This document shows positions 50,616 through 61,310 of a stretch of DNA of 64,000 nt, piece by piece. The notes under the pieces were generated by a model. The model worked only from the letters and a program-made list of their open reading frames with translations, did not search any database and had not been told where the DNA came from. The stretch is from an uncultured cyanobacterium (lineage in GTDB: Bacteria; Cyanobacteriota; Cyanobacteriia; CAKZMO01). Position numbers and translations under genes: made by a program. Position 1 is the first letter of the stretch, and each line of letters begins with the position of its first letter. The stretch covers positions 1 through 64,000 of the forward strand of contig CAVRCJ010000011.1 of assembly GCA_963719515.1 (NCBI GenBank), read 5' to 3'.

Positions 50616-52088
50616 TCAGGGCGAACTGGGCACGATATCCACTGTCAAGTTATCAAACGATATGGTCTCTATACCCTGGCTGTCCTGCCCGATATAGCCC
50701 TGAGCAGCGCCAGCCTTCGTCATGGTTACCGCATATTGCACCGGGCTAGATTCAAAGCTCAGCCCTATCCCCGCCGTTGCCTGGCTCTTAAACAGGTCAA
50801 CTGCCGTGTCCGTAAATGCGCGTGGGTCGGTCCAGTCGCCCGTGTCAGGATCTTTCCAGCTAAATACATTGTCGGTGGAAGGCGTCGTTGCTTCTGTCCC
50901 AGTGAAAGCCGTCTTGTGCCTGAACCTTGCCTGCTGAGTCAATGGGTCATAGACGTCGCCTTCGGTGAGATACGTCGTGTTGACCCCAGTCACCTCCCAG
51001 GCGTCTCCGCTATCGTCAACGATCGCGTCAGATAGGTCAGAAATAAAGACGCCACCTTCGCCCAGCACCTTCATTTTGACCTCAGGGGTATCCGCATCAG
51101 TCACAATCAATGCCGTATTTTCGTCGACCCCATAGGAGCGAGGCACACCAACTTCAGAGGCAAGGCGAATAATTCGCCCTTGACGCCCCCGCTCACTAAA
51201 GTGGGTGTCGAGCAAGCCGTAGTCAAACAGCCCCAGTCCGCCTAGGGGGTTGTAGTGCAGCTCTCGTACGAAGGGCGGTGACCCAACTAGGCTGATGGGT
51301 TCTTCGCTCAGAGCTTCATAGCTTTCCCCTTCCGTAATCATCGGCGATCGCGTCTGGCTAGTCGTTCCGGCGCTGGTACCAGCGACGATCGCTCCTTGGT
51401 TAAACCTACGGCGAAAGACTTTGAAGGGACGGGTCTTGGTACGCTCGCCGGTGTCTGGGTCTTCATTGAAGAAGGCTTCCGTGATTAACGACTGATCGCC
51501 ACCGCCAAAGATGAACGCATTGCGGCTGCGAATTTGCTTGAGCAGAGCTTTGTTGTTCTGCTTTCGCTCGTAGTTGTCGATGTGGTAGGGAATCCACTCA
51601 ACATCGATTTTGGCATTGGGAAAGCGATCCTTGAGGTAGAGATCGTAGAGGTCTTCAAAATCTTGCACATAGAGCTTACCGTTTTCACGCGCGCGCTTGC
51701 CGCTGGACGACGCTGTGGTGAAAATACCAATTTTGGCATTTTTCACTCCTCCAGCCCGCTTCAAAATGTCGAGGTAGATGGAAACGCCATAGGGGTCTTC
51801 TGTTTCTGGAAACTGCCATCCCCCTCCCACCATGATCAGCGTTTTTGAGGGGAGATCATCGGCGATTGGTTGGGGCGGTGTTGGATCAGGATCAAGATCG
51901 TTAGATGTTGTGACCCCAATAGCCTCTAAACCCCTAAGAACCGCTGACTTTATAACGCTAAGGGGGCTATCGTCCGAAGCTGGTTCATCGTTAGTCAGCG
52001 TATTTGGAAAAAGACCTGACAAGGCTAATAAACCATCGTCTAATAGAGAATCAGCGAATGGCTTCAGGCTGTGGATATCGAGAGGCAT
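50616..52088 (-). CDS. cyanophycinase-like peptidase S51
   Basis: FGGGDQS, GTSAG nucleophile motif, DTHFSERGRQGR, GVDENTA. Confidence 0.85.
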   Translation of the reverse strand: MPLDIHSLKPFADSLLDDGLLALSGLFPNTLTNDEPASDDSPLSVIKSAVLRGLEAIGVTTSNDLDPDPTPPQPIADDLPSKTLIMVGGGWQFPETEDPYGVSIYLDILKRAGGVKNAKIGIFTTASSSGKRARENGKLYVQDFEDLYDLYLKDRFPNAKIDVEWIPYHIDNYERKQNNKALLKQIRSRNAFIFGGGDQSLITEAFFNEDPDTGERTKTRPFKVFRRRFNQGAIVAGTSAGTTSQTRSPMITEGESYEALSEEPISLVGSPPFVRELHYNPLGGLGLFDYGLLDTHFSERGRQGRIIRLASEVGVPRSYGVDENTALIVTDADTPEVKMKVLGEGGVFISDLSDAIVDDSGDAWEVTGVNTTYLTEGDVYDPLTQQARFRHKTAFTGTEATTPSTDNVFSWKDPDTGDWTDPRAFTDTAVDLFKSQATAGIGLSFESSPVQYAVTMTKAGAAQGYIGQDSQGIETISFDNLTVDIVPSSP

Positions 52089-52394
52089 AAGCGTGTGGCC
52101 AAAATTAAGTGTGTGCGGAGTTTGCCCATAGCACCGCCTACCTACGGCGACTGACTTAGCTATGCGATCGCCAAGCAAGTATGGTTAGTGAGTGGCAAAG
52201 GAAGCAGAACCAGCAGGCATCATAGCCTGCGTCAGAATTAGTTTAGAGTTCAGCATGAACTCTAAATCGGAATGGCCTTGGTTCTTCACTGCTGCCGCCG
52301 AGGGACCTACTAGGCGCAGCGCGATCTGCCACTATCTGTTAAAAAAGGGAGCAGCTGCTCCCCTTTCAAGTCTTGGGCTTGTGAATAAAAGACG

Positions 52395-52538
52395 CTATCC
52401 GCGAGTGCGCTGGATGTGGTCCATCACCTGGCGCTTGCGCTCCGAGCTAGAGGCGTTCGCCGATCGCTTCACAAAATCTCCGGAACTACGGGCTAGATGC
52501 TCCATAATCCGCTTCTTACGGTCGTCTGAAGTTGCCAT
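52395..52538 (-). CDS. 47-aa small protein with an internal repeat (below the ORF-track cutoff)
   Basis: MATSDDRKKRIMEHLARSSGDFVKRSANASSSERKRQVMDHIQRTRG; followed by hairpin AAGGGAGCAGCTGCTCCCCTT. Confidence 0.65.
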   Translation of the reverse strand: MATSDDRKKRIMEHLARSSGDFVKRSANASSSERKRQVMDHIQRTRG

Positions 52539-52712
52539 AAAAGTCGCTGAAAGACTGCCTTGACGTCAATTTAAAGGGCGTACACTTTGAGGAAGTATAG
52601 GCTTCCTCATCAGAGCACTGAAGTGGACCCAGTCCTTTGGACAACTTCGAGGGATCTCTAAGCTCTGAAAAGATGAGATCGCTATATCCTCTTCAAGCAT
52701 TCTAGAGAAGCT

Positions 52713-53522
52713 TCACTCTTCCCAGTAGACCTCCTCTGGAGTGAGGTAGCCTAACGCTTGATGCGGTCGCTCCCGATTGTACCAGTCAAACCATCTTGTG
52801 ACCTCCTGATTTAAGTGATGTCCATCCTCAAACGCCTTCAAGTAGATCAGCTCGTACTTGATAGAACGCCACAGCCGCTCAATGAAGATGTTGTCGTGGC
52901 AGCGACCCCGTCCATCCATGCTGATGGCAATCCCTGCTGCTGTAAGGCGCTCAGTGAATTGGTTTGAAGTAAACTGACTCCCCTGGTCCGAATTAAAGAT
53001 GTCAGGGGTAGCGTAGCGGGCAATGGCTTCCTCAAGCGCCTCTAGACAAAAGCCCACCTCAAGGGTGTTGGAGATGCGCCAGCTGAGCACTTTGCGGCTA
53101 TACCAGTCCATCACAGCGACCAGGTAGAAATGCCCCTTGAGCACCGGCAGGTAGGTGATGTCAGTGCACCAAACCTGATTTGCTTTGGCAACTTCCAGTC
53201 CCCGCAACAGGTAGGGATACACCCGGTGCTCCGGGTTCGCCCTGCTGAGTCTGGGCTTGGGGTAGATGGCCTCGATGCCTAGCTGCCGCATCAACCGCTG
53301 CACCCGCTTGCGGCCCACTGGGTAGCCCTTCTGCCGCAGCACGACCGCCATCCGCCTTGCCCCGTAGAATGGCGTCTCCATGTACTGCTTATCCAAGAGC
53401 AGCAGCAGCGTCAACTCCTCTTCTTGCGGCGCTTGTGGCTGATAGTAGTAGCTAGAGCGAGCAACCCTGAGCAGTTCGCACTGCCGGGCGATACTTAGCT
53501 GTGGGTGCTCTGCTACGACCAT
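52713..53522 (-). CDS. IS3 transposase OrfB (DDE)
   Basis: WCTDITY, NSDQGSQF, IERLWRSIKYE. Confidence 0.95.
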   Translation of the reverse strand: MVVAEHPQLSIARQCELLRVARSSYYYQPQAPQEEELTLLLLLDKQYMETPFYGARRMAVVLRQKGYPVGRKRVQRLMRQLGIEAIYPKPRLSRANPEHRVYPYLLRGLEVAKANQVWCTDITYLPVLKGHFYLVAVMDWYSRKVLSWRISNTLEVGFCLEALEEAIARYATPDIFNSDQGSQFTSNQFTERLTAAGIAISMDGRGRCHDNIFIERLWRSIKYELIYLKAFEDGHHLNQEVTRWFDWYNRERPHQALGYLTPEEVYWEE

Positions 53523-53833
53523 GGATTTTCGCTCCGCAGGCCCAGCTCTTTGGACTTGCTCGCTAAAAAATCTCGCTCTACCTTCAGCTGCCCTATCTGC
53601 CGGTACAGCTCGTCAATCTGCGCCTGGGCCGTGGCATCAGCTTTCGATGCCGCGCTGCCCTTCTCGAACAGACTGCTTGCTCCTTCCAATAGGCGTCGCT
53701 TCCAGCCGTTGATCACCGTCGGATGCAGCTGATGCTGACTCGCTAGCTCGGCGATCGTCTTCTCAGCCCGATTGGCATCGAGTGCCACTTTGGCCTTGAA
53801 CTGCGCGCTGTATTGTTTTCGTTTGTTGCCCAT
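53513..53833 (-). CDS. IS3 transposase OrfA
   Basis: RKQYSAQFKAKVAL, LYRQIGQLKVERDFL. Confidence 0.93.
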   Translation of the reverse strand: MGNKRKQYSAQFKAKVALDANRAEKTIAELASQHQLHPTVINGWKRRLLEGASSLFEKGSAASKADATAQAQIDELYRQIGQLKVERDFLASKSKELGLRSENPWS

Positions 53834-54008
53834 GAACTACTCCTATCATTTGTTGAGTGGTTCAGAGCTTAGCCCCCTGTCCAGTTTTCCGGGTCCATTA
53901 CACACATCCAATTGTAACGCTGACTTTACACAAAACGTATTCACCCCTAGAGGCAATTATGACGGGGGTCATGGCTATATCTCACCGCCATCACGCATTA
54001 TGGGCGCA

Positions 54009-54341
54009 ATGAGTGTGTACATTGATATTGATGACGCCCTGCAGCGGCTTCGACAGCAGCATATAGACATTGTGCTTCTCGACTGGAACGATGGTGGCGA
54101 TCGCAGTTTGGCATTGTGCGAGCAGATTCGGCTGGTGAGCAGCACGTATCTGACTCTGACGACTGTTATTCCAAAGCAAGAGACCAGCTATTACCGAATT
54201 AGAGCTTTGGATGCGGGGGCTGATGTTCGCTACCTGCGCCTGAAGCTTGAGGCCCACAACCCTGAGCGGCTAATCCACACCGTGCGCTATGTCGGCTATG
54301 TCTTACAGAAAGTAAACGACGGTCAATCTAGAACAGTCTAG
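54009..54341 (+). pseudogene. internally deleted OmpR-family response regulator remnant
   Basis: DIVLLDW and RALDAGAD fused directly to C-terminal RYLRLKLE..LIHTVRYVGY. Confidence 0.7.
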
Positions 54342-54583
54342 AGCCCTGTAATTTGGCGCTTAGTCCGCCGAATTGCGCCGTCTTTCTGAAGACGAAACAA
54401 AGTCCGATAAAAGGCTTCGGGACTAATATCGAGTTCCTCTGCCACAGTCTTGAGAGGTTGCTCAGACGTAATAGTCTGTTCGCTACCCGGCTGTCCAAGG
54501 CTATCTTGCCTATTGGCTTGAGATTCAGCGATTTGCTCCCGCAGATACTCTAGAACGCGCTCTCGCACAGAGCGAATAGTCAA
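54338..54583 (-). pseudogene. Crp-type HTH C-terminal fragment
   Basis: IRSVRERVLEYL...VAEELDISPEAFYRTL; cNMP domain absent. Confidence 0.65.
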
Positions 54584-54722
54584 TAGGGTACCGGTTAACG
54601 TTGCTCTAAACGAGCCTGACTGAGGTCATCTTCGGTAACCCGGTTGAGCAGAGGGTGACTGCTCCCTGAGAAACCCTTAAGAAACGAATTAGCGATCGAA
54701 GAGTTCTCTGAATATTGTATTG

Positions 54723-54782
54723 GTTCAGCTGCTTAGGGCATCAGAATTGACTGAGAGCCTGACGTTGCGTAGGCAACTGAAC
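54723..54782 (-). mobile_element. ~60-bp mini inverted-repeat element, copy B
   Basis: reverse complement begins GTTCAGTTGCCTACGCAACGTC, identical to copy A at 35722. Confidence 0.75.
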
Positions 54783-54898
54783 ACACAAACTCAGCTCAGC
54801 TGATCGAGGTCAACTGAGCTGAGCGGTGAGCGATGTTATTGGGCTGAACGCGCTGCAGGCCCCTGCCCACTATGACGTTGGCCTACAGCGCACCAAAG

Positions 54899-55732
54899 CT
54901 ATTTTGAAGACGGCTTGTCGTTGAGCAAGTTAGACACGGATACCCACAGCTCCTGCAGACGCTGCTTAATCTGCCGCTCCCGCTGGGCGGCGGCGCGGCC
55001 TGCGTCACTCATCTTTTGCTCGACGTCAGCCTGCTGCTGAGCAATGTAGTCGTTCGCCCGAATGCTATCTGCGCGCGAGGCGTGGTCAATCTCGACTTTT
55101 GTGCCCTGCTGGTAAGCCCGGTCGTACCATGCCTTGGCCTTATCCAAGTAGCGCTTGATGTTTTCATACCGCATACCCTCTTCTCCGCTCCCTTCCGCGT
55201 CTAGGTTTGCCCGCAAAATTTCTAGCTGGGCCCGCAGTTGGGCGTACCGCTTACGCAATAGGGATGCCTCTGGGCTGTTGCGCACCGCATCGACGGCCTG
55301 GGTGACGGCGCTGTTGATGTCAGAGGGGTCCTGCTGTGCCGTTTCGTGAATGTCGGCGAGGACAATATCCACATCTTCCTGCATCTGAGATTCTTCAGCA
55401 TCAATCTTTGACTGCAGCTCGTCGACCTGCCCCTCGATTTGGGCGATCGCCGCCCGCCGAGCGTCGCTTACCCCTTCCACTGCACCTTCGATAGACGCTT
55501 GAATCTCGTCCTTCGCGTCGACGCCCTGGTCCCTCACCGTCTCAACCACGGTGCCGACAGCGTCTTTGACGAGCAGCCGTAGCTCTCCGGTGCCTTCTTT
55601 CAGTTCGCCAACGGCCTGAGAGACCGCCTCGCGTAGAATATCTCGAATACGCTCTGAGCGCAGCTTGCCTTCTGTCTTAGCCTTGTCCAAATCCGCCTGA
55701 ATGCGGGCCTTCATGTCTGTGTTGTCTGCCAT
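54899..55732 (-). CDS. helical hypothetical protein
   Basis: 277-aa ORF with AGGA RBS; coiled-coil-like. Confidence 0.7.
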   Translation of the reverse strand: MADNTDMKARIQADLDKAKTEGKLRSERIRDILREAVSQAVGELKEGTGELRLLVKDAVGTVVETVRDQGVDAKDEIQASIEGAVEGVSDARRAAIAQIEGQVDELQSKIDAEESQMQEDVDIVLADIHETAQQDPSDINSAVTQAVDAVRNSPEASLLRKRYAQLRAQLEILRANLDAEGSGEEGMRYENIKRYLDKAKAWYDRAYQQGTKVEIDHASRADSIRANDYIAQQQADVEQKMSDAGRAAAQRERQIKQRLQELWVSVSNLLNDKPSSK

Positions 55733-56071
55733 GGTGGTGTTCCTAATCGCCTAATTGTTGCTGAGTATTACGGATAGTGCCGCCGCCCATAGCGCCAAAC
55801 GCGACTCGATACCGCGCGATAGCGGAGACCGACATTTGTAGCTCAAAGAATATGCTGTTTCTCCTGAGGTCGTCATGCCTCTAAAGGAGAAACTATTGCA
55901 GAGCCGTCGGGCAATTTTGTCCGGCAGGGCTACCTGTAATCGAACATAGCTAGATCGTAGATCAACCGCACAAAAATCGGGTTCAAGTCGCGTACGGTTT
56001 ACCGGCAAAGAGACTTGAACCCAAGTGATTTATTTGATGATTATGAACGGCTATTGCTAATAGGCAACAGC

Positions 56072-56260
56072 TTAAATTTTGTCAATATTGCGCTTAAGCG
56101 TATCTTTGACGTTCTCTACAGCATGCTGGCCTTCAGCCTGAGCCTGCTTGGCGCGGCCTTCAGCCTTATCTTTCGCATTGCCAGTAACTTCGCCCGCCAT
56201 TTCTTGAGCTTTACCCTCAATATTTTTGGCGGTTGCCTCAACGCGATCTTCAATACCCAT
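56072..56260 (-). CDS. csbD: CsbD family stress protein
   Basis: IEDRVEATAKNIEGKAQEMAGEVTG..KAEG. Confidence 0.85.
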   Translation of the reverse strand: MGIEDRVEATAKNIEGKAQEMAGEVTGNAKDKAEGRAKQAQAEGQHAVENVKDTLKRNIDKI

Positions 56261-56600
56261 GGGGTTTTCCTCCCAGTAATTACTCAGTGTCTGTCAGCGG
56301 CATTGGCCAGTAACTAGCCTAAGAACCATCGCCGGTACGGAGTTTTTTAACCCCGTCGATGCAGCTGAGACTCTAAATATAGCAATGGCGTTCTACCGCA
56401 TCTTACAAATAGCAAAATGACGCTGTTTTTTTCATCGTTCTAGGGATGGAGTTTTACTGAGCGCGTCCCACAAGTACGAGATAGAATCCGCGCTAAGGGC
56501 GGCAATGCCGATACACCAAGGCGTGAACACCGATCCTAAGGCGTGCCCTTTAACTCATAAAATTTGAGTAGCGACAAAAGACAAAGACGATAGAATTCAC

Positions 56601-59222
56601 ATGCAGCCGACAAATCCTAACCAGTTCACGGAAAAAGCGTGGGAAGCGATCGCTCGGGTTCCTGATATGGCGAAACAGGCCCAGCAGCAGCAGATCGAAA
56701 CAGAGCACCTGATGCGATCGCTGCTGGAACAAGAGGGATTGGCCACCAGCGTATTTAATAAAGCCGACGTGCCCGTACAGAAGCTGCGGGACTTCACCGA
56801 GCAGTTCATCGCGGGCAAGCCCAAGGTCTCCGGAGCCTCTTCATCGGTGTACCTCGGGCGATCGCTTGATCAGCTCTTGGACCAGGCGGAAACCTACCGC
56901 AAGTCCTACGACGACGACTATATTTCTATTGAGCACTTACTATTGGGCTACGCCAAAGACGACCACTTTGGCAAGGCGCTGTTCAAAGAGTTCAACCTCA
57001 GTGAGAGGAAGCTCAAGGACGTGATTGACCAAATCCGAGGGAATCAGAAGGTGACGGACCAAAACCCAGAAGGCAAGTACGAAGCGCTGACCAAATATGG
57101 TCGCGACCTCACCCAGTCGGCTCGGGAGGGCAAATTGGACCCGGTGATTGGCCGGGACGATGAGATTCGGCGCACGGTGCAGATTTTGTCTCGCCGCACG
57201 AAGAACAACCCGGTGCTGATCGGTGAGCCCGGCGTGGGTAAGACCGCGATCGCCGAGGGTTTGGCCCAGCGGATCATCAACGGCGACGTGCCGGAGTCCT
57301 TGAAGGACCGCAAGCTGATCGCCCTAGATATGGGGGCGCTGATTGCCGGGGCGAAGTATCGGGGGGAGTTTGAGGAGCGGCTGAAGGCGGTGCTTAAAGA
57401 GGTCACCGACTCCGAAGGCCACATCATTCTGTTCATCGATGAAATTCACACCGTCGTCGGCGCGGGGGCCACCCAGGGAGCCATGGACGCGGGCAACTTG
57501 CTGAAGCCCATGCTGGCGCGGGGCGAGCTACGCTGCATCGGCGCGACAACGCTGGATGAGTACCGCAAGTACATCGAAAAAGACGCCGCCCTAGAGCGCC
57601 GCTTCCAGCAGGTATACATCGACCAGCCTACCATCGAAGATACGATTTCTATTCTGCGGGGGCTGAAGGACCGCTACGAGACCCACCACAACGTGCGCAT
57701 CTCGGACAATGCCCTGATTGCCGCCGCCACGCTCTCGACGCGGTACATCAGCGATCGCTTCTTGCCCGACAAGGCCATCGACCTAGTGGACGAAGCCGCC
57801 GCTAAGCTGAAAATGGAGATCACCTCCAACCCCGAAGAGCTAGACGAGGTCAGCCGCCGCATCCTGCAGATGGAAATGGAGCTGCGATCGCTGCAGCAGG
57901 AAACCGACGCCGGCTCCCTGGAGCGGCGGGAGCGCCTAGAGCGGGATTTGGCCAACAGCAAAGAGGAGCAGGCGGGCCTCAAAGCCCAGTGGCAGGCGGA
58001 AAAAGACATTCTGCAGCACCGCAGCGACCTGAAGCAGCAAATTGACCACATCGTCAATGTGGAGATTCCCGAGGCGGAGCGCAACTACGACCTTAATAAG
58101 GCGGCAGAGCTGCGCTACGGCAAGTTGACCGACCTGCAGCGCCAGCTGGAAGAAACTGAGTCAAAGCTGATGGACGTGCAGGGCACGGGATCGACACTGC
58201 TGCGGGAAGAGGTGACCGAATCGGACATTGCCGAAATCATCTCCAAGTGGACCGGTATCCCGGTGAGCAAGCTCGTCGAATCTGAGATGCAGAAGCTGCT
58301 GCAGCTGGAAGGTGTGCTGCACGAGCGGGTGATTGGCCAGGAAGAGGCGGTGACGGCAGTATCGGACGCCATTCAGCGATCGCGTGCGGGACTCTCGGAC
58401 CCCAACCGCCCCATTGCCAGCTTCATCTTCCTTGGCCCCACGGGCGTGGGTAAAACCGAGCTGGCCAAAGCCCTGGCGAGCTACATGTTCGACACGGAAG
58501 AGGCCATGGTGCGCATCGACATGTCGGAGTACATGGAGAAGCACTCGGTGTCTCGCCTGGTGGGAGCGCCTCCGGGATACGTGGGCTACGACGAGGGCGG
58601 CCAGCTCACCGAGGCCATTCGCCGCCGTCCCTACTCCGTGGTGCTGTTCGACGAAATCGAGAAGGCCCACCCGGATGTGTTCAACATCATGCTGCAAATT
58701 TTGGATGATGGTCGGGTGACCGACTCCCAGGGCCGCACGGTGGACTTCAAGAACAGCGTCATCATCATGACCAGCAACATTGGGTCGCAGTATATTCTGG
58801 ACCTGGCTGGCGACGATGCGCAGTATGACGAGATGCGCAGCCGGGTGATGGCGTCGATGCGCGACAGCTTCCGCCCTGAGTTCTTGAACCGCATCGATGA
58901 GATCATCATCTTCCACAGCCTGAAGAAAGAGCAGCTGCGGGAAATCGTCAGGCTGCAGGTGCAACTGCTGGCGCTCCGGCTGGAGGACCGGAAGATGACT
59001 CTGAAGCTGGACGATTCGGCGCTGACGTTTTTGGCGGAGGTGGGCTACGACCCGGTGTATGGGGCGAGGCCGCTGAAGCGGGCCATTCAGCGGGAGCTGG
59101 AGACGGCGATCGCGAAGTCCATTTTGCGGGGGGATTTCCGTGAGGGGGACACCATCTTTGTGGAGGTGGAGAATGAGCGGCTGGCGTTTAAGCGATTGCC
59201 GGCTGAGGTGGCGACGGTATAG
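56601..59222 (+). CDS. clpB: ATP-dependent chaperone ClpB
   Basis: [20 protein letters not shown]-domain coiled coil, [26 protein letters not shown]. Confidence 0.98.
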   Translation: MQPTNPNQFTEKAWEAIARVPDMAKQAQQQQIETEHLMRSLLEQEGLATSVFNKADVPVQKLRDFTEQFIAGKPKVSGASSSVYLGRSLDQLLDQAETYRKSYDDDYISIEHLLLGYAKDDHFGKALFKEFNLSERKLKDVIDQIRGNQKVTDQNPEGKYEALTKYGRDLTQSAREGKLDPVIGRDDEIRRTVQILSRRTKNNPVLIGEPGVGKTAIAEGLAQRIINGDVPESLKDRKLIALDMGALIAGAKYRGEFEERLKAVLKEVTDSEGHIILFIDEIHTVVGAGATQGAMDAGNLLKPMLARGELRCIGATTLDEYRKYIEKDAALERRFQQVYIDQPTIEDTISILRGLKDRYETHHNVRISDNALIAAATLSTRYISDRFLPDKAIDLVDEAAAKLKMEITSNPEELDEVSRRILQMEMELRSLQQETDAGSLERRERLERDLANSKEEQAGLKAQWQAEKDILQHRSDLKQQIDHIVNVEIPEAERNYDLNKAAELRYGKLTDLQRQLEETESKLMDVQGTGSTLLREEVTESDIAEIISKWTGIPVSKLVESEMQKLLQLEGVLHERVIGQEEAVTAVSDAIQRSRAGLSDPNRPIASFIFLGPTGVGKTELAKALASYMFDTEEAMVRIDMSEYMEKHSVSRLVGAPPGYVGYDEGGQLTEAIRRRPYSVVLFDEIEKAHPDVFNIMLQILDDGRVTDSQGRTVDFKNSVIIMTSNIGSQYILDLAGDDAQYDEMRSRVMASMRDSFRPEFLNRIDEIIIFHSLKKEQLREIVRLQVQLLALRLEDRKMTLKLDDSALTFLAEVGYDPVYGARPLKRAIQRELETAIAKSILRGDFREGDTIFVEVENERLAFKRLPAEVATV

Positions 59223-59229
59223 GTAGTTT

Positions 59230-59263
59230 AGAGCCCCGGGATTTTCGAAAATCCCGGGGCTCT
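59230..59263. terminator. 34-bp perfect palindrome between clpB and the convergent Uma2 gene
   Basis: AGAGCCCCGGGATTTTC-GAAAATCCCGGGGCTCT; second copy at 60188-60221. Confidence 0.75.
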
Positions 59264-59281
59264 GGGTTTTGGGTGCGATCG

Positions 59282-59872
59282 CTATAGCGCTGCCCGAAAC
59301 TGCTTTGCCGCTTCGAGCCGAGAGGTTTCAGCGACCAAAACACATCGGGCCAGTACTGAGATGTCTAGCGTCTTCAGCTCTGAAATTTCGCTGCGGTCGA
59401 TGGTTTTGTAGCCGCTGTCCCGCAGGCGATAGAGGCTAAAGACACCGTCCTGCCAAAACCAAACCTCGGGCACACCCAAGGCTTGGTACCGCGTTAGCTT
59501 CTCTGGGCCACCGCTGGTCACAATGACTTCAATGACCAGATCGGGCGTCGGTTTTGAGGTGCCGAAGCAGTAGGATTCATCGGCTTGGACGGAGACCTCT
59601 CCTTCGCGCTCTTGGGTCATCGACCCGGTGGGCTCAAACTCGATGCCGTTCTCTAAACAAAATAGCCCAATCAAAAAGCCGATCAGGCGGCTAAGCATTT
59701 CGTGCTCCCGTCCGGGCATGAGAATTTCGATGGTGTTGTTGTGGTAAGCAAGCCGGATGCCAGGAGACTGGGTGAACCCCGAGCGGATTAGAGTGAATTG
59801 TTGCCAGGTGATGCCGGCGTAAACGATGCGCTGATCGGCGGGAGCTTGGCTAGTGGGTGGGGAGAGCGTCAT
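59282..59872 (-). CDS. Uma2 family (PD-(D/E)XK) endonuclease
   Basis: ITWQQF, HE, ADESYC, PDLVIEV, YQALGVPEVWFW. Confidence 0.9.
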   Translation of the reverse strand: MTLSPPTSQAPADQRIVYAGITWQQFTLIRSGFTQSPGIRLAYHNNTIEILMPGREHEMLSRLIGFLIGLFCLENGIEFEPTGSMTQEREGEVSVQADESYCFGTSKPTPDLVIEVIVTSGGPEKLTRYQALGVPEVWFWQDGVFSLYRLRDSGYKTIDRSEISELKTLDISVLARCVLVAETSRLEAAKQFRAAL

Positions 59873-59994
59873 GGATAGATTTGAGTAAGTTGACGCGACG
59901 GAGAATGGGCGCGGTGGCGGGTGGATCTATCTTAGCGATTCGAAAGAAGGTCTTCCTAGTAGATCTCAAACGCCGGGAAGTCTGAAATCCCTTC

Positions 59995-60221
59995 GTAGGA
60001 TACGGCCCGGTGTACGGGGTGCGGCCTTTGAAGCGGGCCATTCAGCGGGGGCTGGAGACGGCGATCGCGAAGTCCATTTTGCGAGGGGATTTCCGTGAGG
60101 GGGACACCATCTTTGTGGAGGTGGAGAATGAGCGGCTGGCGTTTAAGCGATTGCCGGCTGAGGTTGCGACGGTATAGGTGATTCTGCAGAGCCCCGGGAT
60201 TTTCAAAAATCCTGGGGCTCT
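59995..60221 (+). repeat. clpB 3'-end copy 2 (183 bp to the stop) plus palindrome copy
   Basis: colinear with 59040-59222, from the V-G-Y codons to TAG at 60175-60177. Confidence 0.95.
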
Positions 60222-60247
60222 GGCGTTTAGAGTAGTGGACGTGAAAT

Positions 60248-60640
60248 CTACAAGTTCATTCGCTGCCGCTCTGCAATCCGGTCCTTAGTGTTGAACTTCA
60301 GCAAGTGGGCTGTAGTACGTCCTTCGGGCGTTTTCCCAGTAATCTGAGATGCTTCTAGGGCGAAGTGGCTCTCCCAAGTTTGAGTTCGGGGATTGAATAG
60401 GTAGCTAAACGCTTCGGTCTTGGGATCGAACGAACCTAGATCGCTGCCTTTATGCCGGTTGCAGCGCCAGCAGGCATAGGCGAGATTTTCTAGCGTTGTC
60501 TTACCGCCGTGCTTGCGGGCAATCACATGATCAATCTCGTGAGGGTAGAAGCTGAGGCTATTGGGCAAGCGGCAGTATTCGCAGCGATGATCGGCGCGTT
60601 GTTCAATTTGCCGACGCAGCGCTTCAGAAATATAGCTCAC
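60248..60640 (-). CDS. HNH endonuclease
   Basis: RCEYC, EIDHVIARKHGG, NLAYACWRCNRHKG. Confidence 0.92.
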   Translation of the reverse strand: MSYISEALRRQIEQRADHRCEYCRLPNSLSFYPHEIDHVIARKHGGKTTLENLAYACWRCNRHKGSDLGSFDPKTEAFSYLFNPRTQTWESHFALEASQITGKTPEGRTTAHLLKFNTKDRIAERQRMNL

Positions 60641-60990
60641 GATTCGCTAGCCGCTTCAAGGTAGGGCAGATTTCCCGTTTTGAGCAGGATGATCAGGTGC
60701 TCAATTTGCTCGTATTCGTCTAGCTCTTGGGACTCTTCTGGGGTGATTGTCTCTTCGACGCTGCGAGACATGAGATAGCCAAGACGATCCTGCATCTCTG
60801 GGGTGGGGCGAAATGAGGCGATTTGCTCGGGGGTGGGCTGGCTGACTAGGAAGTCTAGAATGTAGCGATAGGCTTGAGCAGAAAGGGCTGATGGCTGTAG
60901 GCAGCGGCGCAGCAGGTCGGGGAGCTGGTTTTGGATTGGGGCGAGGCGCTCCATTAGCTCGTCTGGAATTTCGATAGTTATTGTGGCCAT
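60637..60990 (-). CDS. antitoxin-like partner translationally coupled to the HNH gene
   Basis: MATITIEIPDEL...PTPEQI...ELDEYEQIEHL; GTGA overlap with HNH start. Confidence 0.7.
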   Translation of the reverse strand: MATITIEIPDELMERLAPIQNQLPDLLRRCLQPSALSAQAYRYILDFLVSQPTPEQIASFRPTPEMQDRLGYLMSRSVEETITPEESQELDEYEQIEHLIILLKTGNLPYLEAASES

Positions 60991-61059
60991 TGTGCTTGTC
61001 TCCCTAGGGCGATCGCCAATTCTTCTCACTGATGACGCAAGTCTCGAGAAAATAGCGCA

Positions 61060-61302
61060 TCAAAATAGCTCCGATTCCTGAGGCGGGAGAAGGTCCTCCC
61101 GGTAGGTCTCAAACGCTGGGAAGTTTGAAATTCCTTTGTAGGACAAGATTATCTCTGGCCATGTGGATGCTGAATCGGAAGATGGCTGGGTTATCTGACG
61201 CAGTGCTTGGAGAATCAAAGTTTGTAGCGATGTATTGGTTTCTGCTGCTTGGCGAATTAGATTCTGTTCGAGATCTGGCGGTAGATTGATGGTGATTTGC
61301 AT
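61060..61302 (-). CDS. small antitoxin-like (RHH) protein
   Basis: MQITINLPPDLEQNL...WPEIIL...FPAFE.YR. Confidence 0.65.
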   Translation of the reverse strand: MQITINLPPDLEQNLIRQAAETNTSLQTLILQALRQITQPSSDSASTWPEIILSYKGISNFPAFETYREDLLPPQESELF

Positions 61303-61310
61303 GGCTCGAA

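Larger units (their letters stand above)
52619..53902 (-). mobile_element. IS3 family insertion sequence, apparently intact (1284 bp)
   Basis: IRs TGAAGTGGACCCAG...TGGACA / TGTAATGGACCCGG...TGGACA; 3-bp TSD CAC (52616-52618, 53903-53905). Confidence 0.93.

Noticed and set aside
53772..54008. 5' part of the 189-aa ORF 53772-54341
   Set aside because: It starts inside IS3 on the antisense strand; only the part from 54009 resembles a protein
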